NCBI GenBank assembly: GCA_963702475.1
Contig: CAVPCT010000003.1
Span: 864,001 to 928,000 of the forward strand
Direction of reading: 5' to 3'
Length of the DNA: 64,000 nt
From: an uncultured Thermoleophilia bacterium
GTDB lineage: Bacteria; Actinomycetota; Thermoleophilia; UBA2241
The notes under the pieces: generated by a model
Seen by the model: the letters and a program-made list of their open reading frames with translations, nothing else
What the model was told of the DNA's origin: nothing
The model's database searches: none
Shown: positions 40,353-50,674 of the stretch, piece by piece
Position numbering within the stretch: position 1 is the first letter of the stretch
Layout: each line of letters opens with the position of its first letter
Position numbers and translations under genes: made by a program

Positions 40353-41662
40353 AGCGCGCCGTCGTCGTGGGCAGCGGGGCCGGCGGCGCCATGGCCGCCC
40401 GCGAGCTGCAGGGCGCGTTCTCGGTCACGATCCTCGAGGAGGGACGCGCCTTCCGGCCGTTCCACCACGATCTCGACACCCTCGACAGGCTCCGCGCGAC
40501 GCGCCTGTTCGTCGACGAGCGCATGATCCAGGCCCTGTTCCCCCCCATGCGCGTCTCGCGCGTGGGCGACCGTATGGTCCTCGTGCGCGGATCGTGCACC
40601 GGCGGGACGACCGCGCTCGCCACCGCCAACGCGCTCCGCTGCGACGACGCCCTGCGCGAGCTCGGTCTGGACCTCGACGAGGAGTTCCTCTCGCTGGAGG
40701 AGGAGCTCGTACCCTCCACGGCGCACGCCAGGTCGTGGAGACCGGCGACACGCCGGCTGTTCTCCGCCTGCCACGAGCTCGGGCTGGAGCCTCAGGCCAC
40801 GCCCAAGCTGGTCGACTACGCCCGCTGCCGGCGGTGCGGCCGGTGCGTCCTCGGCTGTCCCTGCGGCGCCAAGTGGGACTCGAGGGTGCTGCTGGAGCAG
40901 GCCTGCTCCGCCGGCGCGCGCCTGATGACCAGCGTCAGGGTCGAGAGCGTCGCGCTGGAGCACGGCCGGGGAACGCGCCGACCTTCCGCCCGCGCGCTCG
41001 GCGTGGTGGTCCGCGCCGGGGGAAGGAGGAGGCTGGTGCCCGCCGACCTCGTGGTGCTGGCGGCCGGAGGCCTGGGCACGCCGGCGATCCTGGAGGCGTC
41101 CGGCGTCCGCACGGAGCCGCGTCTGTTTGTGGACCCCGTCCTGTGCGTGGCGGCGGTGGTCCCGGAAGCGCGGCTCCACCGCGAGGTGCCCATGCCGTTC
41201 GTCGTGGACAGGGGCGCGTTCATCGTGTCGCCGTACTTCGACCACCTCAGCCACTTCTTCAATCCGGCGTGGCGGCGCCCCTCGTCCCGGATCGTCTCAC
41301 TCATGGTCAAGTTCGCAGACGCCGAGAGCGGCCGGGTGACGCCGCGGCGCGTGCACAAGGGGCTCACCGGGCGGGACCGCCGCGTCGTCGGGGAGGCGCT
41401 CGAAATCTGCACCGAGGTCTTTGCGCGCATGGGCGTGCCGCGCGATGCACTCTTTCTCGGCACGCTGAACGCCGGCCACCCCGGGGGCACGCTGCCCCTC
41501 ACCGCGACCAGCGTGCAGGGCGTTCACGACGGGCGGCTGCCGGCGAACCTGTACGTGGCCGACGCCACGCTTCTGCCGCGGTCTCTCGGCAAGCCGCCGA
41601 TGCTTACCATCATGGCGCTCGCCAAGCGGGTGACAGCGGCGAGCCGGGCGGCCCTTCTCTGA
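40349..41662 (+). CDS. GMC-family FAD oxidoreductase
   Basis: VVGSGAGG, GGTT, CRRCGRCVLGC...AKW, AAGGLGTP.IL, HPGGT, LYVADA..LP...G.PP.LTIMALA. Confidence 0.9.
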   Translation: MKRAVVVGSGAGGAMAARELQGAFSVTILEEGRAFRPFHHDLDTLDRLRATRLFVDERMIQALFPPMRVSRVGDRMVLVRGSCTGGTTALATANALRCDDALRELGLDLDEEFLSLEEELVPSTAHARSWRPATRRLFSACHELGLEPQATPKLVDYARCRRCGRCVLGCPCGAKWDSRVLLEQACSAGARLMTSVRVESVALEHGRGTRRPSARALGVVVRAGGRRRLVPADLVVLAAGGLGTPAILEASGVRTEPRLFVDPVLCVAAVVPEARLHREVPMPFVVDRGAFIVSPYFDHLSHFFNPAWRRPSSRIVSLMVKFADAESGRVTPRRVHKGLTGRDRRVVGEALEICTEVFARMGVPRDALFLGTLNAGHPGGTLPLTATSVQGVHDGRLPANLYVADATLLPRSLGKPPMLTIMALAKRVTAASRAALL

Positions 41663-41811
41663 GTGGCGGCGGTGCGGGAGTGGGCGCTTCGGGAGCGGCT
41701 GCTGCAGGGTGCGCACGCTTGCCAGCCGCTCGGGACTCCTGTTAGGTACGCGGACGACGTCCTCGTCCACGGCCGCGGCCCAGCGCCCGCCCCGCTCAGG
41801 AGACGCCACAC

Positions 41812-42735
41812 ATGGCCTACGTGCACCCCATCGCCTGGTTCGGCGACGGCACCGTTCCCGTCGCCGACGCCTCGCTCAGCATCACGAGCTCCGCCGTCCT
41901 CTACGGCCTCAGCGTGTACACGGTCTTCCCGGTCAGCGTGACCGGCGGCGGCCACGCCGTGGCCTTCCGCCTGGCCGACCACTACCGGCGCCTCGTGAAC
42001 TCCGCGCGCATCATCGGCATCGACACGTTCGAGCCCGCGTGGCCGGAGCGCCGCTTCCGAGAGGCCGCCGGGCAGGTGGTGCTGGCCAACGAGGTCAAGG
42101 AGGACGTCTTCGTGCGCGCGAGCGTGCACGTGGATGCGCAGCTGCCGGGCACCCGCTCGCGCGGGATGTCCACCGCGATGAGCATGTTCGTGTACCGGGC
42201 GGAGCCGATCCTCCCGCTGGACGGCGCTCGCCTCAAGACGAGCGTGTGGCGGCGCATCCCCGACTACGCCATCCCCTCGCGCTCCAAGGTCAACGGCGCC
42301 TACGTGAACTCCGTGCTGGCCAAGCAGGACGCCATCGACAGCGGCTACGACGACTGCATCTTCCTGGATGTGGCCGGCCACGTGTGCGAGCTGAGCGCGG
42401 CCAACATCTTCATCGTGCGCGGCGGCGTGCTCATCACGCCGAGCACCGCGCAGGACCTGCTCGAGGGCATCAACCGCAGCACCGTGCTCTCCGTGGCGGC
42501 CGACCTGGGCATCCCCTGCCACGAGCGCGAAGTCGACCTCACGGAGCTGTACATCGCCGACGAGGTGTTCGCCTGCGGAACGTCCACCTACATCGCTCCC
42601 GTGATCGAGGTGGACGCCCGCATCGTCAACGGCCGCGGCGTGGGCCCCGTGACCGCGGCCGTCCGCGAAAGGTACCTGGCGGTCCTTCGCGGTGAGGACG
42701 AGGCCTACGAGCACTACTTGACGCGGCTCAGCTGA
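41812..42735 (+). CDS. ilvE: Class IV aminotransferase (branched-chain amino acid transaminase-like)
   Basis: FRL.DH..RL..SA, K..G.YVNS.LAK..A...GYD, E.SAAN.F, LEGINR, ADEVF.CGT. Confidence 0.8.
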   Translation: MAYVHPIAWFGDGTVPVADASLSITSSAVLYGLSVYTVFPVSVTGGGHAVAFRLADHYRRLVNSARIIGIDTFEPAWPERRFREAAGQVVLANEVKEDVFVRASVHVDAQLPGTRSRGMSTAMSMFVYRAEPILPLDGARLKTSVWRRIPDYAIPSRSKVNGAYVNSVLAKQDAIDSGYDDCIFLDVAGHVCELSAANIFIVRGGVLITPSTAQDLLEGINRSTVLSVAADLGIPCHEREVDLTELYIADEVFACGTSTYIAPVIEVDARIVNGRGVGPVTAAVRERYLAVLRGEDEAYEHYLTRLS

Positions 42736-42914
42736 GGGCGGGAAGCGGGCCCCGAAGGAGCCCACGGCCCGACCCCGGCACCCTCGGTTCGACACCGGCC
42801 GGGCACTGTGCCCGGGCGATGTGTACCGGCGTGCAACGCCAACGGCGATGCCCCTTGCCGTGCTGCAGCGTCGGTGATACACGTGTCCGTGTGACGATCG
42901 ACGGAGGAGGAACC

Positions 42915-42983
42915 ATGTTCAACCACTTCGACTACATCATGTACCTGATCCGTCTGCACCTGGGCTGGTGCTACTGGCGCTGA
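42915..42983 (+). CDS. Putative 22-aa small protein MFNHFDYIMYLIRLHLGWCYWR
   Basis: Strong GGAGGAGG RBS 4 nt before ATG; every sense codon but one ends in G/C; possible TTGCCG-N17-TACACG promoter at 42855. Confidence 0.55.
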   Translation: MFNHFDYIMYLIRLHLGWCYWR

Positions 42984-43025
42984 TCGCCCGCCTTCCTGGG
43001 TCGGCGGCCCTGGCGCGTCGCCGGC

Positions 43026-44555
43026 TCACGGAACCAGGGTGAGATCCAGGTCTGGGAGGGTATGAGGGGGGGGCAGCATCGCGCCGTACTCCTCGAAGTT
43101 GCGGTGCAGCTCGAAGCAGCGCGCCAGGTCGTGGCGGATGTGGCCTTGGCGCGCCGTAGCCACGTACTCGTGCAGGTAGTCGCGGTAGGCGGGGTGGGCG
43201 CAGCGGTCGATGATGCGCTGCGCCCGCGCCGCGGGGCCGAGCCCGCGCAGGTCGGCGAGGCCCTGTTCGGTGACGATGACGTGCGCGGAATGCTCGCTGT
43301 GGTCCACGTGGCTGCAGAACGGCACGATCGACGAGATCCTTCCGCCCTTGGCGACGGAGTGGCAGACGAACACCGAGAGGCGGGCGTTGCGCTCGAAGTC
43401 GCCCGCACCGCCGAGCCCGTTCATGAGCTGCGTTCCGCACACGTGCGACGAGTTCACGTGCCCGTAGATGTCCACCTCCAGGGCGGTGTTGCTGGCGATC
43501 ACGCCGAGCTGGCGGATGACGGCCGGGTTGTTGGAGATCTCCTGGGGGCGTAGCACGAGGCGCGGGCCGAAGAAGTCGAAGTCGGCGTAGAACTCGTCCA
43601 GCCGGTCTTCGGAGAGTGTGAGGGCACCGACGCTGGCCGCGGTGAGGCGGCCGGCGCGCATGGCGTCCAGGCACGAGTCCTGGAACACCTCCGTGTACAT
43701 GGTGAACGGCGGCATGTCGTCGTGCTCGGCGAGGTCGGCGATGAGGGCGTTGCCGATGTTGCCGACGCCGCTCTGCAGCGGCAGGAACTCCGCCGGCAGG
43801 CGGCCGGCGGCGAGTTCGTCCAGGAAGAAGCGCACGAGGTGCTCGGCGATCGCGCGGCTGGCGTCGTCCGGGGTGCGTGGGGCCGGGCGCGTGCTCGCCT
43901 GGTAGGTCTCGACCACGGCGGTGATCTTGGCCGGATCGACGGTGGCGTACGTCGTCCCGATGCGGTCCAGCGGGTGCCGGATGGGCAGCGGCTCGCGATG
44001 CGGCGGCAGCGGCAGCATGGTGATGTCGCTCAGCAGGCTGACCCTTGCGGGGTGTCGCCGGTTCAGCTCGACGATGACCTTGTCGGCCATGGTGAGAAAC
44101 GTCGGGGCGTTGCCGATGGCCGTGGTCAGGGAGACGCGCCCGTCGGCGCTGAGGTCGGTGGCTTCCACGATGGCGATGTCCACCGGGCCGAAGAAGCCTT
44201 CGAGCAGCTGCTGGGCGCAGTGGGAGAGGTGCTCGTCGTGGTACTCGATGCGGCCCTGGTTGATGGCGTCGCGGCAGGGCCCCTCGGACTGGAACGGCAT
44301 GCGGAAGCTGAGGGCGTCTTCTTTGGCGAGCTCGACGTCGCCGGCGGGCCCGGCTTCGGCCCCGGCGAGGATGCGTATCTTGAACGGCTCGCCGGCCTGG
44401 TGAAGGGCGCGCGCCCGCTTCGTCAGCGCGCCCGTCACTGCCTGCGGGATACCCGGGTCCGTGAAGCCGCCGAGGCCGAGCGTGGCTCCGTGCGGGATCA
44501 GCTCGGCGGCCTCCTCCGCGCTCCGCGTGGGAAAGCGTCCCGTCGCCATGAGCAT
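43026..44555 (-). CDS. Acetyl-CoA hydrolase/transferase (succinate CoA-transferase-like)
   Basis: GFT..G.P, PLQSGVGNI, LRPQEISN.P, N.ALE.DIYG.VNS, GG.GDF.RNA, VTEQGLADLRG. Confidence 0.93.
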   Translation of the reverse strand: MLMATGRFPTRSAEEAAELIPHGATLGLGGFTDPGIPQAVTGALTKRARALHQAGEPFKIRILAGAEAGPAGDVELAKEDALSFRMPFQSEGPCRDAINQGRIEYHDEHLSHCAQQLLEGFFGPVDIAIVEATDLSADGRVSLTTAIGNAPTFLTMADKVIVELNRRHPARVSLLSDITMLPLPPHREPLPIRHPLDRIGTTYATVDPAKITAVVETYQASTRPAPRTPDDASRAIAEHLVRFFLDELAAGRLPAEFLPLQSGVGNIGNALIADLAEHDDMPPFTMYTEVFQDSCLDAMRAGRLTAASVGALTLSEDRLDEFYADFDFFGPRLVLRPQEISNNPAVIRQLGVIASNTALEVDIYGHVNSSHVCGTQLMNGLGGAGDFERNARLSVFVCHSVAKGGRISSIVPFCSHVDHSEHSAHVIVTEQGLADLRGLGPAARAQRIIDRCAHPAYRDYLHEYVATARQGHIRHDLARCFELHRNFEEYGAMLPPPHTLPDLDLTLVP

Positions 44556-44682
44556 CGTCTCCCTTCTCAGCGGTGCGCGGCGCTGTTCCCGAAGCTCGAC
44601 GCCGCTCCCGCTCATCCTATCGAGCGAGGGGCGCCACCTGTGCGCGGTCTCGGGCGCTCGGCCGGCGCCGCCGGCCCGGCCG

Positions 44683-45036
44683 TCAGCAGGTCACGTGCAG
44701 CACCGCGTATGCCGCACCCGGCTCGAGCTCGCGGAGCAGGGCGAGAGCCTCCGGCGTGGTGACGGTGACCACCTCCACGCCGCGCCGCTCGCCCTCCTCG
44801 AAGACGTCCGGCGCCACCGGCAGGCTGCCGTAGGCGCCGGTGCCCACGATCAGCCGCCCGCCGCCCCACGGGATCTTCTCTGCCGCCGTCAGCGGCGTAT
44901 GGCCGTACTCCTCGCGCCGCTCCTTGGACGCCTTCTTGCGGCGCTTGCCGACGGCGCCGGCGTCGATCACGACGTCGTGGTCGTAGCGGCGCCCCTCGAC
45001 CTCGATCTCGCCGAACCCGATCCAGCGTGCGTCCAT
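44683..45036 (-). CDS. Mth938-like (DUF498) protein
   Basis: FG.I...G..Y.HD, GHT, LIVGTG..G, LHVTC end; AGGAGG RBS. Confidence 0.85.
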   Translation of the reverse strand: MDARWIGFGEIEVEGRRYDHDVVIDAGAVGKRRKKASKERREEYGHTPLTAAEKIPWGGGRLIVGTGAYGSLPVAPDVFEEGERRGVEVVTVTTPEALALLRELEPGAAYAVLHVTC

Positions 45037-45076
45037 GGCGTCCTCCTTTCCTCGTGCTCCCCGCGCGCGGCGTGCC

Positions 45077-46243
45077 TCAGAGCACCCTGTCGGTGTACGG
45101 GATCCGGCGGATGAGGGCGCTGAGGCCGAAGCACAGCGGCACGGCGATGGCCGAGACGAGCGCCCACTTGAGCAGCGGATACCACGTGAGCCCGCGGAGC
45201 TCATACGCCAGCGTCGCGATCACCGGCATGTGGATGAGGTACGCCGTGTACGCGTTGGGAACCAGGAACGCCGCAATCCGGCCGCGATGGTCGAGGTGCC
45301 GGCGGAAGAAGTACACCACGGCGATGCACATGCTCACGCACATGAAGGCCTCCCAGAACGAGTACACCGCCGACTGCCAGTGGACGCCGCCTTTGAACGG
45401 GGTGTCGTCGTCGGCGGCGCCGGCCGCCAGCATCAGCGGCGCCCAGACCAGGATGAAAGCCACAGCCACCCACAGCCAGAGGCGTCCAGTCTTGTCCGGC
45501 AGCCCGCGCAGCCAGTCGCGGCGATACGCGAGCAGCCCGACGACGAAGAGGGCGACGTAGCTGGCGAAGAAGCCCAGCTGCAGGTTCAGCGGCCGGAAAT
45601 TCCACCCGTCCATGGGAAACGCCACGCGCAGCAGCCACGTCACGGCTCCCAGGCCGAGGGCGAACAGCGCGAGCGTGCGCCCGCGCGGAAAGGGGCGCGG
45701 CGTGACGGAGGGCTCCGGCCCGGGCGGTCCGAGCGCGCGCCAGAGCACGTACAGCAGCGAGAAGACGAGCAGCACCTCGACGAACCACAGCGGTCCCTGG
45801 CCGAGGATCTCCCACCCGGCGAAGTACTCGGCCGTGAGGAACGTCCAGTACGACATGTCGCCGGCGAATCCGTAGAACCACCAGGCGAAGAGCGGGATCA
45901 CGACCCAGCTGAAGACCGCGAGCGGCACGCCGAGGCGCAGCAGCCTGTCCTTGCTGAAGCGCCCCGGCCCCTTGCGGTCGTAGGAGCCCGGCACGAAGTA
46001 GGCGGAGATGAGCAGGAAGAGGCCCATGAAGTAGGCCTGGTCTACGGAACAGAACCAGCCGCCGAGGGCGTCGGTCACCGTGTCCTGCCGTCCCTCGAGG
46101 TAGATCCAGCTGCCAGTGCCCGCGTAGGTGATCATCAGGTGGTGCAGGATGACGAGGACGGTGAGGAAGACGCGGATGTTGTCAACGAAGAGCAGTCGCG
46201 CGGGCGCGCCGGGAAGAGCCGTCGCGACCGCCGTTCGCGTCAT
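45077..46243 (-). CDS. Acyltransferase family 3 (OpgC/MdoC-like) membrane protein
   Basis: R..F.DN.R, VILHH, FMGLF..ISAYF, RLLRLG.P, GPLWF, YLIH. Confidence 0.9.
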   Translation of the reverse strand: MTRTAVATALPGAPARLLFVDNIRVFLTVLVILHHLMITYAGTGSWIYLEGRQDTVTDALGGWFCSVDQAYFMGLFLLISAYFVPGSYDRKGPGRFSKDRLLRLGVPLAVFSWVVIPLFAWWFYGFAGDMSYWTFLTAEYFAGWEILGQGPLWFVEVLLVFSLLYVLWRALGPPGPEPSVTPRPFPRGRTLALFALGLGAVTWLLRVAFPMDGWNFRPLNLQLGFFASYVALFVVGLLAYRRDWLRGLPDKTGRLWLWVAVAFILVWAPLMLAAGAADDDTPFKGGVHWQSAVYSFWEAFMCVSMCIAVVYFFRRHLDHRGRIAAFLVPNAYTAYLIHMPVIATLAYELRGLTWYPLLKWALVSAIAVPLCFGLSALIRRIPYTDRVL

Positions 46244-46498
46244 GCCGGATTCTTGTCTTGGCGTGCCCATCTGGTCGGTCTCCTCTTCGCCGCGACCTTC
46301 TGCACACCGTCGTCGCCGGACGGTCGCGTGTCAAGGTTCGCGCCGTCCGCCGACCGACCCGCCGCGTTCCGACCGGTCCCGCCGCGCGCCCTCCGCCACC
46401 GGGGCTGGACGCGTCGTGTGCTGCGGCGATAGACTCTGGTACATACCAGCATTCGCACCGGCCGACGGCGCCGGGAGACCCTACGGAAGCGAGGACGC

Positions 46499-47704
46499 GT
46501 GACCACGGTGGCCAGCCCCCAGTTCCCCCCGTTCGACCCCCCGCTGCGGACCCTCATGGGACCCGGCCCATCCGATGTGGCCCCGCGGGTCCTGCAGGCC
46601 ATGGCGCGCCCGACGATCGGCCACCTCGACCCCGAGTTCGTGCGACTCATGGAGCAGATCAAGGAGCTCTTGCGCTACGCCTTCCAGACCACCAATGAGG
46701 TGACGTTTCCGGTGTCCGGGCCCGGCTCCGTCGGCATGGAGACGTGTTTCGTCAACTTGGTGGAGCCCGGCGACAAGGTGATCGTGTGTCGCAACGGCGT
46801 GTTCGGGGCGCGCATGCTCGAGAACGCCACACGTGTGGGCGGCGTGCCGGTGGTCGTCGATGACGACTGGGGCACGCCGGTCTCCGTGGACAAGGTCGCG
46901 GCCGCGCTCGACGAGAACGCCGACGCCAGGGTCCTCGCCTTCGTGCAGGCCGAGACCTCGACCGGCGCACACACGCCTCCGGCGCCTCTGGTGACGCTGG
47001 CGCACGAGCGCGGCTGCCTCACCATCGTCGACACCGTCACCGCGCTCGGCGGCGTGCCGGTCCTCGTGGACGAGTGGGAGATGGACGCCGTGTACTCCGG
47101 CACGCAGAAGTGCCTCAGCTGCCCGCCCGGTCTGGCGCCGGTGACCTTCGGGCCGCGTGCGGTGGAGCGGGTCAAGGCGAGGACGACCACCTGCCAGAGC
47201 TGGTTCATGGACCTCAGCCTTCAGCTCGGGTACTGGTCGTCGGGGACGCGCGTGTACCACCACACCGCCCCGGTCAACGCGCTGTACGGCCTGCACGAGT
47301 CGTTGCTCATCCTCGCGGAGGAGGGCCTGGAGGCTGCCTGGGAGCGGCACCGCGTGAACCACCTCGCGCTGGTCGCGGGCTTGAACGCCCTCGGTCTGTC
47401 GACTCTCGTGCCCGAGGCCGACTGTCTGCCCGAGCTCAACATGGTCGTGGTGCCCGACGGTGTCGACGAGGCGGCGGTGCGCGGGCGGCTGCTGCAGGAG
47501 TACGACCTCGAGGTCGGCGCCGGCCTCGGCACGTTGGCGGGCACGGTCTGGCGTGTGGGCCTCATGGGGCACGCGTGCACCGAGGCAAACGTGGTCAAGT
47601 GTCTGCGCGCCTTCGCGGAGGTGCTCGGGCCGGACGTCGTGGAGGCCTCCGGCGACGACGCGGAGCGGGCGGCGCGCGCCAGGGGCTTCGCCGGCGCGGC
47701 CTGA
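46499..47704 (+). CDS. Alanine-glyoxylate/serine-pyruvate aminotransferase (class V PLP)
   Basis: [40 protein letters not shown]. Confidence 0.93.
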   Translation: MTTVASPQFPPFDPPLRTLMGPGPSDVAPRVLQAMARPTIGHLDPEFVRLMEQIKELLRYAFQTTNEVTFPVSGPGSVGMETCFVNLVEPGDKVIVCRNGVFGARMLENATRVGGVPVVVDDDWGTPVSVDKVAAALDENADARVLAFVQAETSTGAHTPPAPLVTLAHERGCLTIVDTVTALGGVPVLVDEWEMDAVYSGTQKCLSCPPGLAPVTFGPRAVERVKARTTTCQSWFMDLSLQLGYWSSGTRVYHHTAPVNALYGLHESLLILAEEGLEAAWERHRVNHLALVAGLNALGLSTLVPEADCLPELNMVVVPDGVDEAAVRGRLLQEYDLEVGAGLGTLAGTVWRVGLMGHACTEANVVKCLRAFAEVLGPDVVEASGDDAERAARARGFAGAA

Positions 47705-47785
47705 GCGTCTCCCACCGGCGCCGGTCCGAGCGGGGCGAGGGCCGGGCGGGACGGGCGCGTCGTGACGCGGTCGTCCCGCCCGGCG

Positions 47786-47966
47786 GTGCCGATCCTCGTC
47801 TGCCACCTTGCGCGGCCGCACCCCGCCGGCGCGTCGCTGGTGGACATGAGCACCGCGCGCTTCCGCGCCCAGATGGCGTAGCTCGCGGAGGAAGGGTACG
47901 CCCGTGACCCTGCGGCAGGTGTACGACGCGTGGACCGGGGACGGCGTGCTGCCCGCGGCCTACTGA
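47786..47966 (+). pseudogene. Polysaccharide deacetylase N-terminal relic
   Basis: VPILVCH...F.AQMA*LAEEGY, frameshift, VTLRQVYDAW...LP. Confidence 0.6.
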
Positions 47967-47971
47967 GGCGT

Positions 47972-49174
47972 TCAGGCGGCGCGCCGCTCGTGCCCGCGGT
48001 CGCCGCGTGCCGGGGGATCGGGCAGCTGGTGCACGGAGCCGGTTCTGTGCCCGTGCAGCTCCCGGGCCAGCGCCGCGCGCGCCACGTACTCGGTCAACGT
48101 CTGGTCGTCGACGAGGCCCAGCAGGCGACCCTCGCGCACGATCGCGACCATCCCCGTCCCGCCCGATGCGATGCCGTGCAGCACGTCCAGGGCCGGACGA
48201 TCGGGGTCGACCTCGGCGGCCTGGTCCCGGCCGCGCATGACCTCGGCGACGCGGACGTCGTCCCAGCGCCGCGGGTCGACCTCGCGCACGTCGGCGGCAC
48301 ACAGCGCGCCCTCGTACCCGCCCTCTTCGCCGCCGGCCACCGGCAGGCAGCGCGCCCCGGACGGCGCCAGGTAGTCACGCACGGCCGCGCTCAGGGTGAT
48401 GCGCGGCGGCACCCAGGCCGCCGGCGCCTCGGCGAGCCGGCCGGCCGGCACGCCCCGCAGCTGCTTCTCGGCCTCGCCCAGGCGTGCGGCGGAACGCGCC
48501 GACTGCACCAGGATCCAGCCGACGAAGGCCGTCCACAGAGCGCTGAGAAGGGCGCCCTGAAGGATGAACAGGCCGCCAGCGCCGATCAGGGCGTACCCGA
48601 GCACACTCCCGGCGGTCGCGGCGCCCGACGTCGCCCTGGCGCGGTCGTGCCACAGGCCCCAGAGCACTGCCCTGAGCACGCGGCCGCCGTCGAGAGGGAA
48701 CCCCGGCAGCATGTTGAAGGCGGCCAGGATCAGGTTGAGGGTTCCCAGGTACAGCGCCAGCGCGTGCACGGCCGGGGGTGCGGAGACGAGGGCGGCGAGG
48801 CCGAGCAGGGCGCCGCCGAGCACGAGGCTCGTGGCAGGCCCGACGCCGGCCATCAGCGCCTCGCGCCAAGGACCCTTCGGCTCATCCTCGATGGTGGAGA
48901 CGCCGCCGAGGAGGAACAGCGTGATGCCACGTACCTCGATGCCTTGGGCGCGAGCCACCAGCGAGTGCGCCAGCTCGTGCACGAGCACCGAGGCGAACAG
49001 CAGGAGAGATGCGACCAGGGCCAGGACCCAGTACGTCGCCGTGCCCGCCTCGAACATGGCGGGGAGCACGGCGGTGGCCAGCGACAAGGTGAGAAGGCCG
49101 ACGATCACGAACCAACCTCCGCGGACCCGCACCTCGATACCGAACAGCCGTCCTATCTTGATCCCGCCGGTCAC
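47972..49174 (-). CDS. Site-2 protease (M50) with CBS domains
   Basis: HELAH, GP, FNMLPGFPLDGG; C-terminal CBS-like pair. Confidence 0.93.
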   Translation of the reverse strand: MTGGIKIGRLFGIEVRVRGGWFVIVGLLTLSLATAVLPAMFEAGTATYWVLALVASLLLFASVLVHELAHSLVARAQGIEVRGITLFLLGGVSTIEDEPKGPWREALMAGVGPATSLVLGGALLGLAALVSAPPAVHALALYLGTLNLILAAFNMLPGFPLDGGRVLRAVLWGLWHDRARATSGAATAGSVLGYALIGAGGLFILQGALLSALWTAFVGWILVQSARSAARLGEAEKQLRGVPAGRLAEAPAAWVPPRITLSAAVRDYLAPSGARCLPVAGGEEGGYEGALCAADVREVDPRRWDDVRVAEVMRGRDQAAEVDPDRPALDVLHGIASGGTGMVAIVREGRLLGLVDDQTLTEYVARAALARELHGHRTGSVHQLPDPPARGDRGHERRAA

Positions 49175-49330
49175 GGCGTCTCCTCTCCGGGTTCTCGTAT
49201 CTGTATGTTCCCCGAGGCTCCGGCGGGCAAGCGGGTCTCGCTGCAGGGAGACTCCGCGGCCGACCCTGGGAGGCGCGGGCGCCGCAGGTAGGATGGGGGT
49301 GTCAGGCCAGCCGTTCCTCGGGAGGGTGTC

Positions 49331-50077
49331 GTGCAGTACGAAGAGTTCCTCGCGTTCGTCAAAGGCCGCCGCACGGTGCGTGCCATCAAGCCGGACCCAC
49401 TCTCACCCGAGGTCGTCGACAGGCTGCTCGAGGCGGCGCGCTGGGCACCGACCGGCTTCAACATGCAGCCCGTGGAGCTCCTGGTCGTGGACGATCCCGA
49501 GCTGCGCGCAGCGGTCCGGCGCGTCGTCGACGACTACAAGAACACGGACTTCTTCGCCCTGGAGGCGACCCGGGAGCCCTGGCAGGGGTCGCCGTGGACC
49601 ATCGAGACGCACGGGCGCTGGGAGACGCCGGCGGCGCCCGTCATGATCGCCGTGCTCGGCGACACGCGGCGCCGAGTCGGCCTGCCCATGGCCGCCCGGT
49701 ACGCGAAGCAGAAGGGCGACTCCATCTTCGAGTCGTCGCTGGCGAACGCGTTCCTGTACATCCTGCTCGCCGCCCACAGTCTCGGGCTGGCGGCCGTGCC
49801 CTGCTCCGGCGTCAAGTACCCCACCGTCGAGGGCAAGGTCAAGCACCTGCTCAACCTGCCCGAGCACATCTATCTGTACGACCTCGTGCTCGTGGGCGAG
49901 TCGGCCATGGAGGCGCCCCTCTCGGGCAAGCTGATGCGCCTGCGCGGCGAGATGGTCCACCACGACCGCGCCTCCGACGACGAGTTCCCTGACGAGGAGG
50001 AGCTGCGGGCGCAGATCGTCAAGCTGCGCGCCGGCAACGTGGCCCGGCATGTCGAGGGCGACGAGGCGGGGCGCTGA
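49331..50077 (+). CDS. Nitroreductase family protein
   Basis: RRTVR, LEAARWAPTG.N.QP, LLAAHSLGL. Confidence 0.9.
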   Translation: MQYEEFLAFVKGRRTVRAIKPDPLSPEVVDRLLEAARWAPTGFNMQPVELLVVDDPELRAAVRRVVDDYKNTDFFALEATREPWQGSPWTIETHGRWETPAAPVMIAVLGDTRRRVGLPMAARYAKQKGDSIFESSLANAFLYILLAAHSLGLAAVPCSGVKYPTVEGKVKHLLNLPEHIYLYDLVLVGESAMEAPLSGKLMRLRGEMVHHDRASDDEFPDEEELRAQIVKLRAGNVARHVEGDEAGR

Positions 50078-50107
50078 GCGGGTCGGCGCACCGGCGGACT
50101 CGGCGTC

Positions 50108-50674
50108 TCACACCCCGAACAGGCCGAGCGGGTCACGGTCGGCGGCCGTCCCGGCGCGCTCCGCGCGCCCCCAAGGCCGCCACCGCGGGAACGCCGCGTA
50201 CGCCTCCTTCGGCGACGGCGTCTCGCGCTCGACGCCGGCGCCGTACTCGAGCGCCAGCGTCGAGCGCGGGTAGAGGAGGCCCTGGTCGTTGGTGGTCCGG
50301 CTGCCGGCCATGAAGATCGCACACGGTCCGTCGCCGGCGCCCACGAAGATGTGTCGCGTGCCTGGGGGACAGTGCACGAAGTCCCATGGTCTGAGCCGGC
50401 GCTCCTGCTCTTCGACGAGGAGCAGGCACTCGCCGGTCAGCACCAGGAAGTCCTCCTGCTCCGCCTCGCTGTGGTACATGCCGTTGGGCTGCCCCGGCTG
50501 CAGCACACAGAGGGTGTAGCCGATCCGGTCGAACTCCGGCTCGCCCTCGAAGATGCAGCTGCTGCCGAAGGTCTCGCTTCGCCGCCACGCCGCGTCCTGC
50601 ACGTTGACGGTGAACCAACCCTCTGCGGCCGGCGCGAGACCTCCCTCGGTCTCTCGCAGCGGCGCCTCGTCCAT
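50108..50674 (-). CDS. Cupin domain protein
   Basis: PGQPNGMYH.E..QEDFLVL.G, WDFVHCPPGT.H.FVGAG. Confidence 0.88.
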   Translation of the reverse strand: MDEAPLRETEGGLAPAAEGWFTVNVQDAAWRRSETFGSSCIFEGEPEFDRIGYTLCVLQPGQPNGMYHSEAEQEDFLVLTGECLLLVEEQERRLRPWDFVHCPPGTRHIFVGAGDGPCAIFMAGSRTTNDQGLLYPRSTLALEYGAGVERETPSPKEAYAAFPRWRPWGRAERAGTAADRDPLGLFGV

